A stretch of 64,000 bases of DNA, from positions 2,640 through 66,639 of the forward strand of contig JACPSI010000120.1 in the NCBI GenBank assembly GCA_016193365.1, given 5' to 3'. Made by a program: the position numbers and the translations under genes. This DNA comes from Ignavibacteriales bacterium. GTDB lineage: Bacteria; Bacteroidota; Ignavibacteria; UBA10030. Below the pieces are notes generated by a model, which had not been told where the DNA came from, searched no databases, and worked only from the letters and a program-made list of their open reading frames with translations. Of this stretch, positions 1 to 8,625 are shown piece after piece. How positions within the stretch are numbered: position 1 is the stretch's first letter; every line of letters starts with the position of its first letter.

Positions 1-81
1 GGCAATTCTTTTGAGGGGAGCGAAAACTGGAGTATCGGACTCACTCTTGTGAGAGCGTTCAACATGAGTTTTCTTGAATAG
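1..81 (+). CDS. 3' end of an upstream CDS (truncated by window), possibly an outer-membrane protein C-terminus
   Basis: Frame 1 is open from base 1 (GNSFEGSENWSIGLTLVRAFNMSFLE*) and is followed by the RBS of the next gene. Confidence 0.4.
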   Translation, partial: GNSFEGSENWSIGLTLVRAFNMSFLE

Positions 82-112
82 CTTTTGAAAGACCTCAGGA
101 AGGAGCAAATCT

Positions 113-568
113 ATGACGAAACCATTCTTATTTTTGAGTGTTGTTTTGGTCCTCGTTTCCTCGACGTACGCGCAAGAGTCAACCTCGAAACGCCGAAATA
201 TCAATATCGCTCGGTCAGCGACGGCAAGGAACCTTCCATTTAGCGATGCCGTCCTGGTCGGAAATACCCTCTACCTCTCAGGCAGACTTGGTATCGACCC
301 AAAAACGGGAGTCCCTCCAGCAGATATCAACGACGAAATCAAATTCCTCCTCGACGGGTTCAAATCGGTTCTTGCCGATGCGAACATGACGATGGACAAC
401 CTTGTGCAAGTCCAGGTGTTTTGTCCGGACCTCGGCCTCTACGACAAATTCAATGCTGCGTACCGAACGTATTTCAGCAAGGATTTTCCCGCGCGCGCAT
501 TTATTGGGTCGGGTCCACTGCTTAGAGGCGCTCACTTTGAAATGATTGGAATCGCGGCAAAGGAATAA
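113..568 (+). CDS. RidA/YjgF/UK114 family protein with N-terminal signal peptide
   Basis: PFSDAV..GNTLYLSG, FNAAY..FPARAF motifs; AGGAG RBS; hydrophobic N-terminus ending TYA|Q. Confidence 0.88.
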   Translation: MTKPFLFLSVVLVLVSSTYAQESTSKRRNINIARSATARNLPFSDAVLVGNTLYLSGRLGIDPKTGVPPADINDEIKFLLDGFKSVLADANMTMDNLVQVQVFCPDLGLYDKFNAAYRTYFSKDFPARAFIGSGPLLRGAHFEMIGIAAKE

Positions 569-585
569 CGGTTCTCGTTATTCTC

Positions 586-786
586 TTAGCCTTTTTTCGG
601 GCCCTGGATGACTCTCGCAGGGAGTGTTATCAGCGCTTTGATGAATTCAAAGAGAGCATCCATCGTGATCCCGATGAGGCGAAACGGAAGCGACAGGAGC
701 CAAACAAAAGGATAAAGGATGATGGCGAGCAGGGCGAGGGGCCAGCAAAAGACCAGTACGAGAAGCCAGAGCAAGAATTTTGTCAC
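586..786 (-). CDS. Small hydrophobic membrane protein (66 aa)
   Basis: GAGG RBS, GTG start, long hydrophobic stretch (CWPLALLA..LYP..WLL.LPFRL). Confidence 0.7.
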   Translation of the reverse strand: MTKFLLWLLVLVFCWPLALLAIILYPFVWLLSLPFRLIGITMDALFEFIKALITLPARVIQGPKKG

Positions 787-830
787 GATGTCCTCTGAAG
801 GTTGTTACGACGCGTGAGAAAAAGAGTTTC

Positions 831-2726
831 ATGAAATCACTCCTGCTGTCTTTGTTTTTTCTTTCACCTCTCCTTCATTCCCAATTTCTCTCTGTTGAAG
901 TATCGTCGGCAGACTGGGGGCTGAAGAATTTTTCCGATATCCGGTATGGCCAGATAGCCATTCTCCACGAGCCGGGCGGAGATAGACTCACTGTCTATAC
1001 CCTGCGCGACGGCCTGCCGAAAGTCGAGTCATTTATTGCCACCGCCTCTTCCCCCACTTTCTCCGGCAATTGTTTTCTCGTCTCCGATTTCAACGGGGGC
1101 ATGCGAAATGTCCTCGGCGGTTCGTTCAATGTGTTTCAGCGGTCGCCGAGCTCCGCGTTTGTGGAATATGCCGCCGACATCGAGGACAGAAAATCTCTTC
1201 GCTTATCTTATTCGAAAGAGCGCGATGGCTTTTGTGGGCTTTGGATTCATCTGTTTAACACAACGTCTACAGCAAGCGAAAGAATGTATCTCGACGCTTC
1301 CGAATTTTCTGCTATTACTTTTTGGGTTCGCGGTTCCACCGGCAAAGAGACCCTTTCCATAAAAATTGCCGATGCAGCATGGGAGCGAAAAGAAGACGCC
1401 CTGGAAGTTGGCGATCTTGGTCGATTCCTTCCTTCAGGGACTATTGATACAAACTGGCGACAGGCAGTTATTTCGTTTTCCCAGATTCCAGCCCGCATAA
1501 ACAAATCGCTACTCGCGACAATTTCTTTCGAAGCTTCCTCCGTCCATCAAGGATCGGTGTATCTCAAATCGCTGTCGTTTTGCAGGGACACGACATCCTT
1601 TCTGCCACTCCCGCCACTCGCACCAGTAACTCAACTATGCAAGAATGACCATGCAGTATGGGTGTGGAATACGGATGATCTCGTTCGAGATAAAGCAAAA
1701 AGAAATCAGTTGGTCGGACTTCTTTCACAGGAAAAAGTTTCACACGTGTTTCTGGCTGTACCCTATCGGCCTCAAGCTCAACGAGAGCGCGGAATCGAAA
1801 TTGAAGCGAAAATCATGCGCCCTCTTGTCTTTGAGCTGAAGGCCAAAGGTATAACCGTCCACGCTCTTTTTGGGGACAAGGATTTCATTTTGCCGGAGCA
1901 ACGCCGTTTTGTCAACACCACTCTTGAAAATGTCCTTCGATACAATAGCACCTCCAAAAAACAGGAACGGTTCGACGGGATTCATTTTGATGTGGAACCG
2001 TATTTGCTCGCCGGCTTCAATGGTCCGCGGGGTACATGGATTCTCCAGAACTTCCTCAGACTTTTAAGCGAGGCCGCAACAACCGCAAAACGCGGTAAGC
2101 TTCTGATGGGCGCCGACATTCCCTTCTGGTTGGATACTCCCGAGGAATTCTCCCGCGAGCAAAGAACCATTGAATTCGCTGGGATCAGCAAGCCAGTACA
2201 CGAACACATCATCGACCTGATGGATATTGTGGTCCTGATGAGTTATCGCACCTTTGCCGCCGGGGCGGACGGCATCGTGCTTCATTCTTCCGATGAACTT
2301 GAGTATGCGTCAAAAAAGGGAACGCGCGTTTTCGTTGGTTTAGAAACTAGCCCTCTACCCGATGAGAACATTCTGACCATCCGCGGAACACCAACGGAAG
2401 GCGCGACCCCGCCTGGATCCGCACATTATGTGGCACTCGTTCCACGTCTTGACAGTGCCAAAGTTTTTGTTGTCAAATCAACCGATAAAGCTCGTTTCGA
2501 TGTTTTTATGATGGATTCAGGTGTCAACCTGGGGCAAGTTCTCTGGTGGCCTGTACTGCAGGATCTTTTTGTCCCGGGAACGAAAGTCAGCTTTGCGACA
2601 CTCGACACCACACGGATGCGCAATGCAATGAGACAAACGGTATCGGAGCTCTCGGCTTATCCAGCTTTTGAGGGAATTGCCATCCACCATGCTGAAAGTT
2701 ACCAGCGGTTATTGAATCGTCCCTGA
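831..2726 (+). CDS. Secreted protein: carbohydrate-binding (CBM11/CIA30-like) domain plus glycoside-hydrolase-like TIM barrel
   Basis: Signal peptide from ATG 831; AITFWVRG..GKE..WRQAVI CBM-like motif; VWVWN, DGIHFDVEPY, VLMSYR, GIAIHH motifs. Confidence 0.6.
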   Translation: MKSLLLSLFFLSPLLHSQFLSVEVSSADWGLKNFSDIRYGQIAILHEPGGDRLTVYTLRDGLPKVESFIATASSPTFSGNCFLVSDFNGGMRNVLGGSFNVFQRSPSSAFVEYAADIEDRKSLRLSYSKERDGFCGLWIHLFNTTSTASERMYLDASEFSAITFWVRGSTGKETLSIKIADAAWERKEDALEVGDLGRFLPSGTIDTNWRQAVISFSQIPARINKSLLATISFEASSVHQGSVYLKSLSFCRDTTSFLPLPPLAPVTQLCKNDHAVWVWNTDDLVRDKAKRNQLVGLLSQEKVSHVFLAVPYRPQAQRERGIEIEAKIMRPLVFELKAKGITVHALFGDKDFILPEQRRFVNTTLENVLRYNSTSKKQERFDGIHFDVEPYLLAGFNGPRGTWILQNFLRLLSEAATTAKRGKLLMGADIPFWLDTPEEFSREQRTIEFAGISKPVHEHIIDLMDIVVLMSYRTFAAGADGIVLHSSDELEYASKKGTRVFVGLETSPLPDENILTIRGTPTEGATPPGSAHYVALVPRLDSAKVFVVKSTDKARFDVFMMDSGVNLGQVLWWPVLQDLFVPGTKVSFATLDTTRMRNAMRQTVSELSAYPAFEGIAIHHAESYQRLLNRP

Positions 2727-2730
2727 CTGT

Positions 2731-2759
2731 TTGACCCTTCCACCACTTTTACGTACCAT
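2731..2759 (+). promoter_or_regulatory. Sigma70-type promoter of the purine-catabolism cluster
   Basis: TTGACC-17bp-TACCAT. Confidence 0.6.
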
Positions 2760-2779
2760 TGCTTCATTCTTTTACAACG

Positions 2780-4132
2780 ATGAGTACTTCCCTGCTATCC
2801 GACCTGCTTGAGAGAATCGAAGGACAGCTTCGAGAAGCAAACACACAATTCGCCAAGATGTATCCCGGCGATTCTCCTGCGCGTCAACCCGTGCACACTG
2901 TGTATGGCGGAGCCCAGATTTTCAAAGCCGATACGGCTCAAAAGCTTGGAACGGTCGCTCTCAAATCGATAGATGAGAATGCCGCCTCACCTGCAGCGTT
3001 TGCAAAAGCTCTCGGACTGAAAGGCAACGCCCAATTCCTCAGCACCATTTACCGTCGTATCATTGATAAGCTGAAGAAAGAGCCTGTCGAAGATTTCAGG
3101 ATTGACTTTGAAGACGGCTACGGGAACCGCCCCGACAGTGAGGAAGACCGCCATGCCGAGTTTACGGCGCAGGAAGTTGGGAGAGGGATGGCGGAGGGAA
3201 TTCTCCCTCCGTTCATCGGGTTTCGCATCAAACCCCTCACAGAAGAACTGAAAAGCCGTGGCATTCGAACGCTCGATATCTTCGTCACGTCTCTTGTGAA
3301 AAAGACGGAAGGCAAGCTTCCGGGCGGTTTTGTCGTCACAATTCCCAAGGTCGTGATGACCGAACAAGTTGCAGCTCTGGTAGAACTGCTCGAGTCCCTC
3401 GAGTCGAAGAATAGCCTTAAGCAAGGTTCGCTTAAACTAGAGTTGATGATTGAAACTCCTCAGTCTATTTTCAATTCCAAAGGCGGGGTAGCGATTCCTT
3501 CGTTTATTTCGGCTGCCAGCGGCCGTTGTATTGCCGCACATTTCGGCGTCTATGATTATACTGCATCGAACAACATCACGGCTCAATACCAGAGCATAGT
3601 TCATCCGGCATGCGATTTTGCCCGGACTGTCATGAAAGTCTCGCTTGCTGGTACGGGCGTTTGGATCTCAGACGGAGCGACAAACATTATGCCGGTTGGA
3701 CCGAATCGGATGAAGGACGGCAAATCGCTATCCGCAAAACAAAAGTTCGAGAACCGACGTGTCGTGCATCGCATTTGGAAATTGAACTTTGAACACATCA
3801 ATCATTCGCTTATGAACGGATTTTATCAAGGCTGGGATTTGCATCCTGCTCAGCTTCCCGTCCGCTATGCCGCTGTGTACAATTTCTTTTTGAAGGAACT
3901 GGAAACGGCATCAAATCGCCTGAAAACATTCATGGAAAAAGCTGCTCAGGCAACGCTGATCGGTGATGTTTTTGACGATGCGGCAACCGGGCAAGGCTTG
4001 CTGAATTTCTTCCTTCAGGGAATCGGCTGCGGTGCAATTACCGAACAGGAAGCAACTGCAACCGGACTTTCGATTGATGAAATCCGGAGTAGATCGTTTG
4101 TGAAGATTCTTAGAGGAAGAAGTAAAGATTGA
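2780..4132 (+). CDS. HpcH/HpaI aldolase / CitE-like lyase family protein (DUF6986-type)
   Basis: RQPVHTVYGGA, EDFRIDFEDGYG, MIETPQS, HFGVYDY, SDGATN, YQGWDLHPAQL motifs. Confidence 0.75.
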   Translation: MSTSLLSDLLERIEGQLREANTQFAKMYPGDSPARQPVHTVYGGAQIFKADTAQKLGTVALKSIDENAASPAAFAKALGLKGNAQFLSTIYRRIIDKLKKEPVEDFRIDFEDGYGNRPDSEEDRHAEFTAQEVGRGMAEGILPPFIGFRIKPLTEELKSRGIRTLDIFVTSLVKKTEGKLPGGFVVTIPKVVMTEQVAALVELLESLESKNSLKQGSLKLELMIETPQSIFNSKGGVAIPSFISAASGRCIAAHFGVYDYTASNNITAQYQSIVHPACDFARTVMKVSLAGTGVWISDGATNIMPVGPNRMKDGKSLSAKQKFENRRVVHRIWKLNFEHINHSLMNGFYQGWDLHPAQLPVRYAAVYNFFLKELETASNRLKTFMEKAAQATLIGDVFDDAATGQGLLNFFLQGIGCGAITEQEATATGLSIDEIRSRSFVKILRGRSKD

Positions 4133-4137
4133 ATGAT

Positions 4138-4171
4138 GAATATCGAACGCGGAATATCGAATGAAGAAGTT
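4138..4171 (+). repeat. Dispersed AATATCGAA...GAATGAAGAAGT repeat (copy 1)
   Basis: Matches 47606-47641. Confidence 0.6.
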
Positions 4172-4188
4172 ATGTTTCAGGAGATTAT

Positions 4189-4536
4189 ATGAAGAGCTTT
4201 ATTACTACACACGTCCTTAATACGTCGCTCGGAAAACCGGCCGCCGGCATCACTGTAATTTTGGAAATGAAAGGTAAAACCGGAGAATGGAGCAAAGTCG
4301 CAAGCGGAACGACGGATCCGGATGGGAGAATCAACAGCCTGTTTCCGGAAGGGATCCCGTTGGAACGAGGAACCTATAGGCTGACGTTCGAGACCGCTAC
4401 CTATTTTCGTTCCGTCGGCTCCGAAAGTTTTTATCCATACGTGCAGATTGCCTTCGAGGTGAACCAATCGTCGGCGCATTACCATGTTCCCTTGTTGCTG
4501 AATCCGTACGGATATTCGACGTATCGAGGAAGTTAA
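4189..4536 (+). CDS. uraH: 5-hydroxyisourate hydrolase (transthyretin-like)
   Basis: ITTHVL, DGR, FYP, HYHVPLLL..Y.TYRGS C-terminal signature. Confidence 0.95.
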   Translation: MKSFITTHVLNTSLGKPAAGITVILEMKGKTGEWSKVASGTTDPDGRINSLFPEGIPLERGTYRLTFETATYFRSVGSESFYPYVQIAFEVNQSSAHYHVPLLLNPYGYSTYRGS

Positions 4537-4545
4537 GGCCAAACA

Positions 4546-4918
4546 ATGACATTCGTTTTTAACAAAAGCTCACAGAAAGCCGTTCGAAAGATGCTTCGAA
4601 AATCCATGCCGAAATCCGAGATCATACTCTGGTCGAAAATCAGGAACAGGCAATCCTCGGTCAGAAATTCCGGCGTCCATACTCTGTCGACACATTTGTT
4701 CTGATTTTTATTGTCCGGCCTTGAAGCTGGCTATTGAAGTCGACGGCGATAGCCATACCGAATCTACTAGGGCTTTTGATGAGCATCGTCAAAAACTTGT
4801 CGAAATGTACGGCATCCGGTTCTTGCGATTCACAAATGATGACATTTATGAAAATCTGGATGGTGTCTTAGAGGATATTTACCAAACGGTGGAAGAAATG
4901 GTTCTTAACAAACCTTGA
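4546..4918 (+). pseudogene. DUF559 / Vsr-like endonuclease, two single-base frameshifts
   Basis: MTFVFN..RKMLRKSMPKSEIILWSKIRNRQ / ILGQKFRRPYSVDTFVL / DFYCPALKLAIEVDGDSH..RFTN in three successive frames. Confidence 0.85.
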
Positions 4919-4934
4919 CCGTACAAGAATCTTG

Positions 4935-4985
4935 CCGACCCCCTTCTTTTCCCCCTTCATAAGGGGGAAATAAAAAAGGGGTCGG
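4935..4985. repeat. Nested CCCCCTT/AAGGGGG palindrome downstream of DUF559 pseudogene
   Basis: ccgacccc...ggggtcgg outer stem, ttccccctt-cat-aagggggaa inner stem. Confidence 0.7.
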
Positions 4986-5017
4986 ATTAAAATCAGAATT
5001 CGGTAAGAGAAATAGTT

Positions 5018-5824
5018 ATGGAATTTGACTGGAACGAATGGCTTCACATCATCACACGATGGGTGCATGTGTTTGCCGGCATCCTGTGGATCGGCACGAC
5101 ATATTTCTTCACCTGGCTCGACGGACGATTCCACGAGATGGCGGACTCCTCAAAGAGCGAGCAAGAATCGAAGGTCTGGATGGTGCATAGTGGCGGATTC
5201 TATGTTGTTGGAAAACAGTCTAAGCCGAGCATGCTGACGACGAAGCTTCATTGGTTCAAGTGGGAAGCGGCGATTACATGGCTCAGCGGAATGCTACTGC
5301 TCGTACTTGTGTATTACACCGGTGGCTTGCTCGTCGATGCGATGTACGATGAAACGACTTCGATCTTGATTGGATTGGGTTCTCTGGTCGTCGCCTGGTT
5401 TGTGTACGACGTGTTATGGAATTCAGCGCTAGGAGCCAATGAGCGCGTGGGCGTGGTAATTTCTTTTGTTCTGGCTGTCGCGGCCATATATGCCTTCAGC
5501 AAGATTTTTGGAGGTCGGACGGCGTACATGCAGGCTGGAGCAATGTTTGGAACACTCATGGCCGCAAATGTGTGGATTCGCATTCTTCCAGGACAAAGAA
5601 AGATGGTTGCCGCGCTACAAAGAGGTGACCAGCCTGACTTAACGTTGGGAGCTCGTGCAAAGGCACGCTCAAAACACAATACCTTCATGATTGTTCCGGT
5701 TGTGTTCATCATGATCAGCAATCATTACCCTGTCGGAACTTACTCATCAGAGTACAATTGGCTTATCCTTTCTTTTGTTGTCTTCATCGGATGGGTTGTT
5801 GCAAAATACTTACGGCGAGCTTAG
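5018..5824 (+). CDS. puuD: Urate hydroxylase PuuD, membrane domain only
   Basis: RWVHVFAGILWIG, WMVHSGGFY, LHWFKWEA, GTLMAANVW..I.PGQ, RSKHN..FIMISNHYP motifs; next to uraH. Confidence 0.88.
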   Translation: MEFDWNEWLHIITRWVHVFAGILWIGTTYFFTWLDGRFHEMADSSKSEQESKVWMVHSGGFYVVGKQSKPSMLTTKLHWFKWEAAITWLSGMLLLVLVYYTGGLLVDAMYDETTSILIGLGSLVVAWFVYDVLWNSALGANERVGVVISFVLAVAAIYAFSKIFGGRTAYMQAGAMFGTLMAANVWIRILPGQRKMVAALQRGDQPDLTLGARAKARSKHNTFMIVPVVFIMISNHYPVGTYSSEYNWLILSFVVFIGWVVAKYLRRA

Positions 5825-5838
5825 CATGAGGTGAACTT

Positions 5839-6462
5839 TTGGCTGGGAATAAACTACACTGGGAAAAAGTCTTTTCCACAAAATTATCCAATGAAGTAAG
5901 CTGGTTTAAACCGCATCTCGATATTTCGTTGGAGATGATCAAGAATGCGGGCCTTCCAAAATCCACACCTTTGATAGATGTAGGCGGCGGCGATTCTACC
6001 CTCGTTTTTGACCTCGTGCAATCCGGCTATTCAGACATCACCGTGCTCGACATTTCTTCTGAAGCCCTCCAAAAGGCAAAGAAGCGACTTGGCGACAAAG
6101 CTGACAATGTGAAATGGCTACAAGCCGATATCACACAAGCGAACCTCCCCGACAATTCCTTCCAACTGTGGCATGACCGAGCCGCGTTCCATTTTCTCAC
6201 GGATCAAATGTCGAGAGAAGCATATGTCCACCGCTGTAAGAACGCATTGGCCCTCGGCGGAACGCTCATTCTCGCCACATTCGCTCAAGACGGTCCGGAA
6301 AAATGCAGCGGCCTACCAACGATGAGATATTCGGCCGAAGTACTTGAACGCCAGTTTGGCCCATCCTTCCACCTCATCGAAACGCGGTCGGAGCATCACA
6401 CAACGCCTGCCGGCAAAATCCAAAGTTTCATCTACTGTCGCCTCACGAAACGAGCCGGCTAG
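5839..6462 (+). CDS. Class I SAM-dependent methyltransferase
   Basis: IDVGGG, LDIS, WHDRAAFHFL, GPEKCSGL; GAGGTG RBS. Confidence 0.9.
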   Translation: MAGNKLHWEKVFSTKLSNEVSWFKPHLDISLEMIKNAGLPKSTPLIDVGGGDSTLVFDLVQSGYSDITVLDISSEALQKAKKRLGDKADNVKWLQADITQANLPDNSFQLWHDRAAFHFLTDQMSREAYVHRCKNALALGGTLILATFAQDGPEKCSGLPTMRYSAEVLERQFGPSFHLIETRSEHHTTPAGKIQSFIYCRLTKRAG

Positions 6463-6482
6463 CAGAACTCTCGCACCAGACT

Positions 6483-7589
6483 ATGAAACGCGATTATGAC
6501 GTGATCGTCGTGGGCGCACGCGTTGCAGGCTCAATTGTTTCGGCTTTTCTTGGTCAAAAAAAGTATCGAGTGCTTCTCCTCGACCGGGCACGATTCCCCA
6601 GTGATACTCTCTCCACGCATTTCTTTCGGTATCCGACGTTTCATGTTCTCGAGCGCCTTGGAGTCCTGGATGAAGCCTATTCGCTCGCTCCAAAACTCGT
6701 CAATAGTTTTAACTATCTTGACGGCCATGTTTTTACTGAGCCTGTTAAAAGCCCGGATGGACCAAGTCATTATCTCTGCCTTCGACGCATCACGCTTCAC
6801 GATATTCTCATCAAGAGAGTTCGCCGCGAGCAAACTGTCTCGGTTCACGAAGACGCCTACGTGGACGACATCCTCAATCAAAATGGCATAGTGACGGGAG
6901 TTCAGTGGCGTGAACAGGGGAAGGTTTTTACGGCTACGGCGAGACTCGTGGTCGGCGCCGATGGGGTAAATTCAATCGTAGCCAAAAAGGTCCAACCAGC
7001 AATCGACAATTCCGAACCCGTTCGTCGTACAATGTACTATGCTTACTACCGCAATTTCGCACTACAACCGGGACCAGCCGCCGAGTTTCATTACCGCGGG
7101 AACAGACTCGTCTATGTTTTTCCGACAGACGCGGCATTGACGCTTATTGCTTCTTCCGTGCCGATAGAGGAGTTTCCTGAATTTCGCAAAAACCCTTCAG
7201 CTTTCTTGACGAGGGAACTCGAAGCAATGCCTGAAATTACGACGAGGATTAGGAGCTCAGATCAGGTTGGTTCGGTAAAAGGCACGGGAAGCATCCCTGG
7301 ATGGCAAAGGGTGCCATTTGGAAATGGCTGGGCCCTTGCTGGAGATTCGGAGCAGATTCTTGACCCGTGGTCGGGTCAGGGAATCGACCAAGCTTCAACT
7401 CATGCGGCAATCTTAGCTGATGCGGTTGACCAATGGCTCTCAGGCAAAAACTCTTGGGAAGAATCGATGAGGGAGTTTAATCGAAAGAGGCATGAATTCA
7501 GCGACAAGACGTTTGAGCGGACGTGCAAGTTTGCCAGGGATTTGCGGCCGATGACGGAGGCGGCACTGAAGAAAAGAGGTTTACTCTAA
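6483..7589 (+). CDS. FAD-dependent oxidoreductase (geranylgeranyl reductase/FixC-like)
   Basis: DVIVVGARVAGS, VGADG, ALAGDS..DPWSGQG. Confidence 0.85.
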   Translation: MKRDYDVIVVGARVAGSIVSAFLGQKKYRVLLLDRARFPSDTLSTHFFRYPTFHVLERLGVLDEAYSLAPKLVNSFNYLDGHVFTEPVKSPDGPSHYLCLRRITLHDILIKRVRREQTVSVHEDAYVDDILNQNGIVTGVQWREQGKVFTATARLVVGADGVNSIVAKKVQPAIDNSEPVRRTMYYAYYRNFALQPGPAAEFHYRGNRLVYVFPTDAALTLIASSVPIEEFPEFRKNPSAFLTRELEAMPEITTRIRSSDQVGSVKGTGSIPGWQRVPFGNGWALAGDSEQILDPWSGQGIDQASTHAAILADAVDQWLSGKNSWEESMREFNRKRHEFSDKTFERTCKFARDLRPMTEAALKKRGLL

Positions 7590-7658
7590 AAACGATTTCC
7601 TTGAGTCAAACCGACCAGTTTTCGGATAAGAAGTATTGTTCGCTCTTAAAGTTGCCCA

Positions 7659-7702
7659 GTAGATCGGAATTTGCTTTGTCGTCCTTTTGGGAAATTCCGA
7701 CC
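7659..7702 (+). repeat. GTAG-type REP-like hairpin
   Basis: GTAG-A-TCGGAATTT...AAATTCCGA. Confidence 0.5.
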
Positions 7703-7770
7703 CCTCGTCGTGTAAACAATAAAAAGCCCGTCACTCGCGAGGCTCTTTTGTCAGCTTACTAAAACGACCT

Positions 7771-8376
7771 CTAACTTCCCTTTTTCTGCTCCTTCATCTT
7801 CTTTTCCCGCTCTGCCGTCCAAGGCGGAACAACACCGTTCGTCCGCGCATACGCAATCTGCTGGCCGAGCAACTCATGTTGATGCGTGGCGCCGAGCATG
7901 ATCATGTCCATCTTGTTCATGTCCATCCCGAAGAAATCAACCTTCATGTCGAACTCCGCTTCCGGGCAGTTCGTGACGGCCTGGTTCACAACCTCAAACG
8001 ATTTCTTGAGAGCTTCTGCAATCTTCTTCTTGTCGGTCTCAGATTTTTCCAGCTTCGCAGGGTCGACTCCTTCGGCCATCATTCCCGTGATCTTCGAGCT
8101 TGAGATGTAATTGCCGAGCGCGGCATGCATGAACGACTCGGCCGTCGAACGCACTCCCTTTGCCGGCCTCCAGCTCATTTTTTTCTGCGGAACCGCTTCG
8201 AGCAACGACAGCATTTGCCCTTCGACAAACTTCGATTGCTTCAGGAATGAACCTTTGACTCCCCCGGGCATGTCCGCGGCCGACTTCGTTTGAGCGGGCA
8301 TCTTATCTTCCTGTGCGACGGCTATGCTGAAGCAAACGACCGCAAGTGACAATATGGACATCTTTGTTTTACTCAT
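7771..8376 (-). CDS. DinB family protein with signal peptide
   Basis: WRPAKGVRS..E.FMH, H.HE.LGQ..AYAR.NGVVPPW; GGAGG RBS. Confidence 0.85.
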   Translation of the reverse strand: MSKTKMSILSLAVVCFSIAVAQEDKMPAQTKSAADMPGGVKGSFLKQSKFVEGQMLSLLEAVPQKKMSWRPAKGVRSTAESFMHAALGNYISSSKITGMMAEGVDPAKLEKSETDKKKIAEALKKSFEVVNQAVTNCPEAEFDMKVDFFGMDMNKMDMIMLGATHQHELLGQQIAYARTNGVVPPWTAEREKKMKEQKKGS

Positions 8377-8440
8377 ACATCCTCCAATATTTGGTGAGAG
8401 AGAATTGATTGAAAAATATGTGCCCCCTCAAAATCACTTT

Positions 8441-8623
8441 GTTACTCCTGCGGGTTTTAAGCAGGAGTCCAGAGCTGGCTAATTTCTGGATTCCCCGCCA
8501 GACCGCAGGCGGGCTGGCGTCTTGTCAATTTCCAGCCGCTCTGGCTTGATGAGATGTCCGACATTCCACGCGCATGCCCCGCCACAAAGCTTGGCGGGCA
8601 AGCTGCGCCATGTGTCGGACATC
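8441..8623. repeat. Cluster of REP-like palindromes with two nested CCCGCC/GGCGGG units
   Basis: actcctgc...gcaggagt-ccag/ctggattc; gatgtccgaca...tgtcggacatc; inserts at 8494-8517 and 8578-8602. Confidence 0.7.
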
Positions 8624-8625
8624 CC

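Noticed and set aside
2727..2780. Purine riboswitch ahead of the urate operon
   Set aside because: Predicted leader is only about 15 nt, leaving no room for an aptamer
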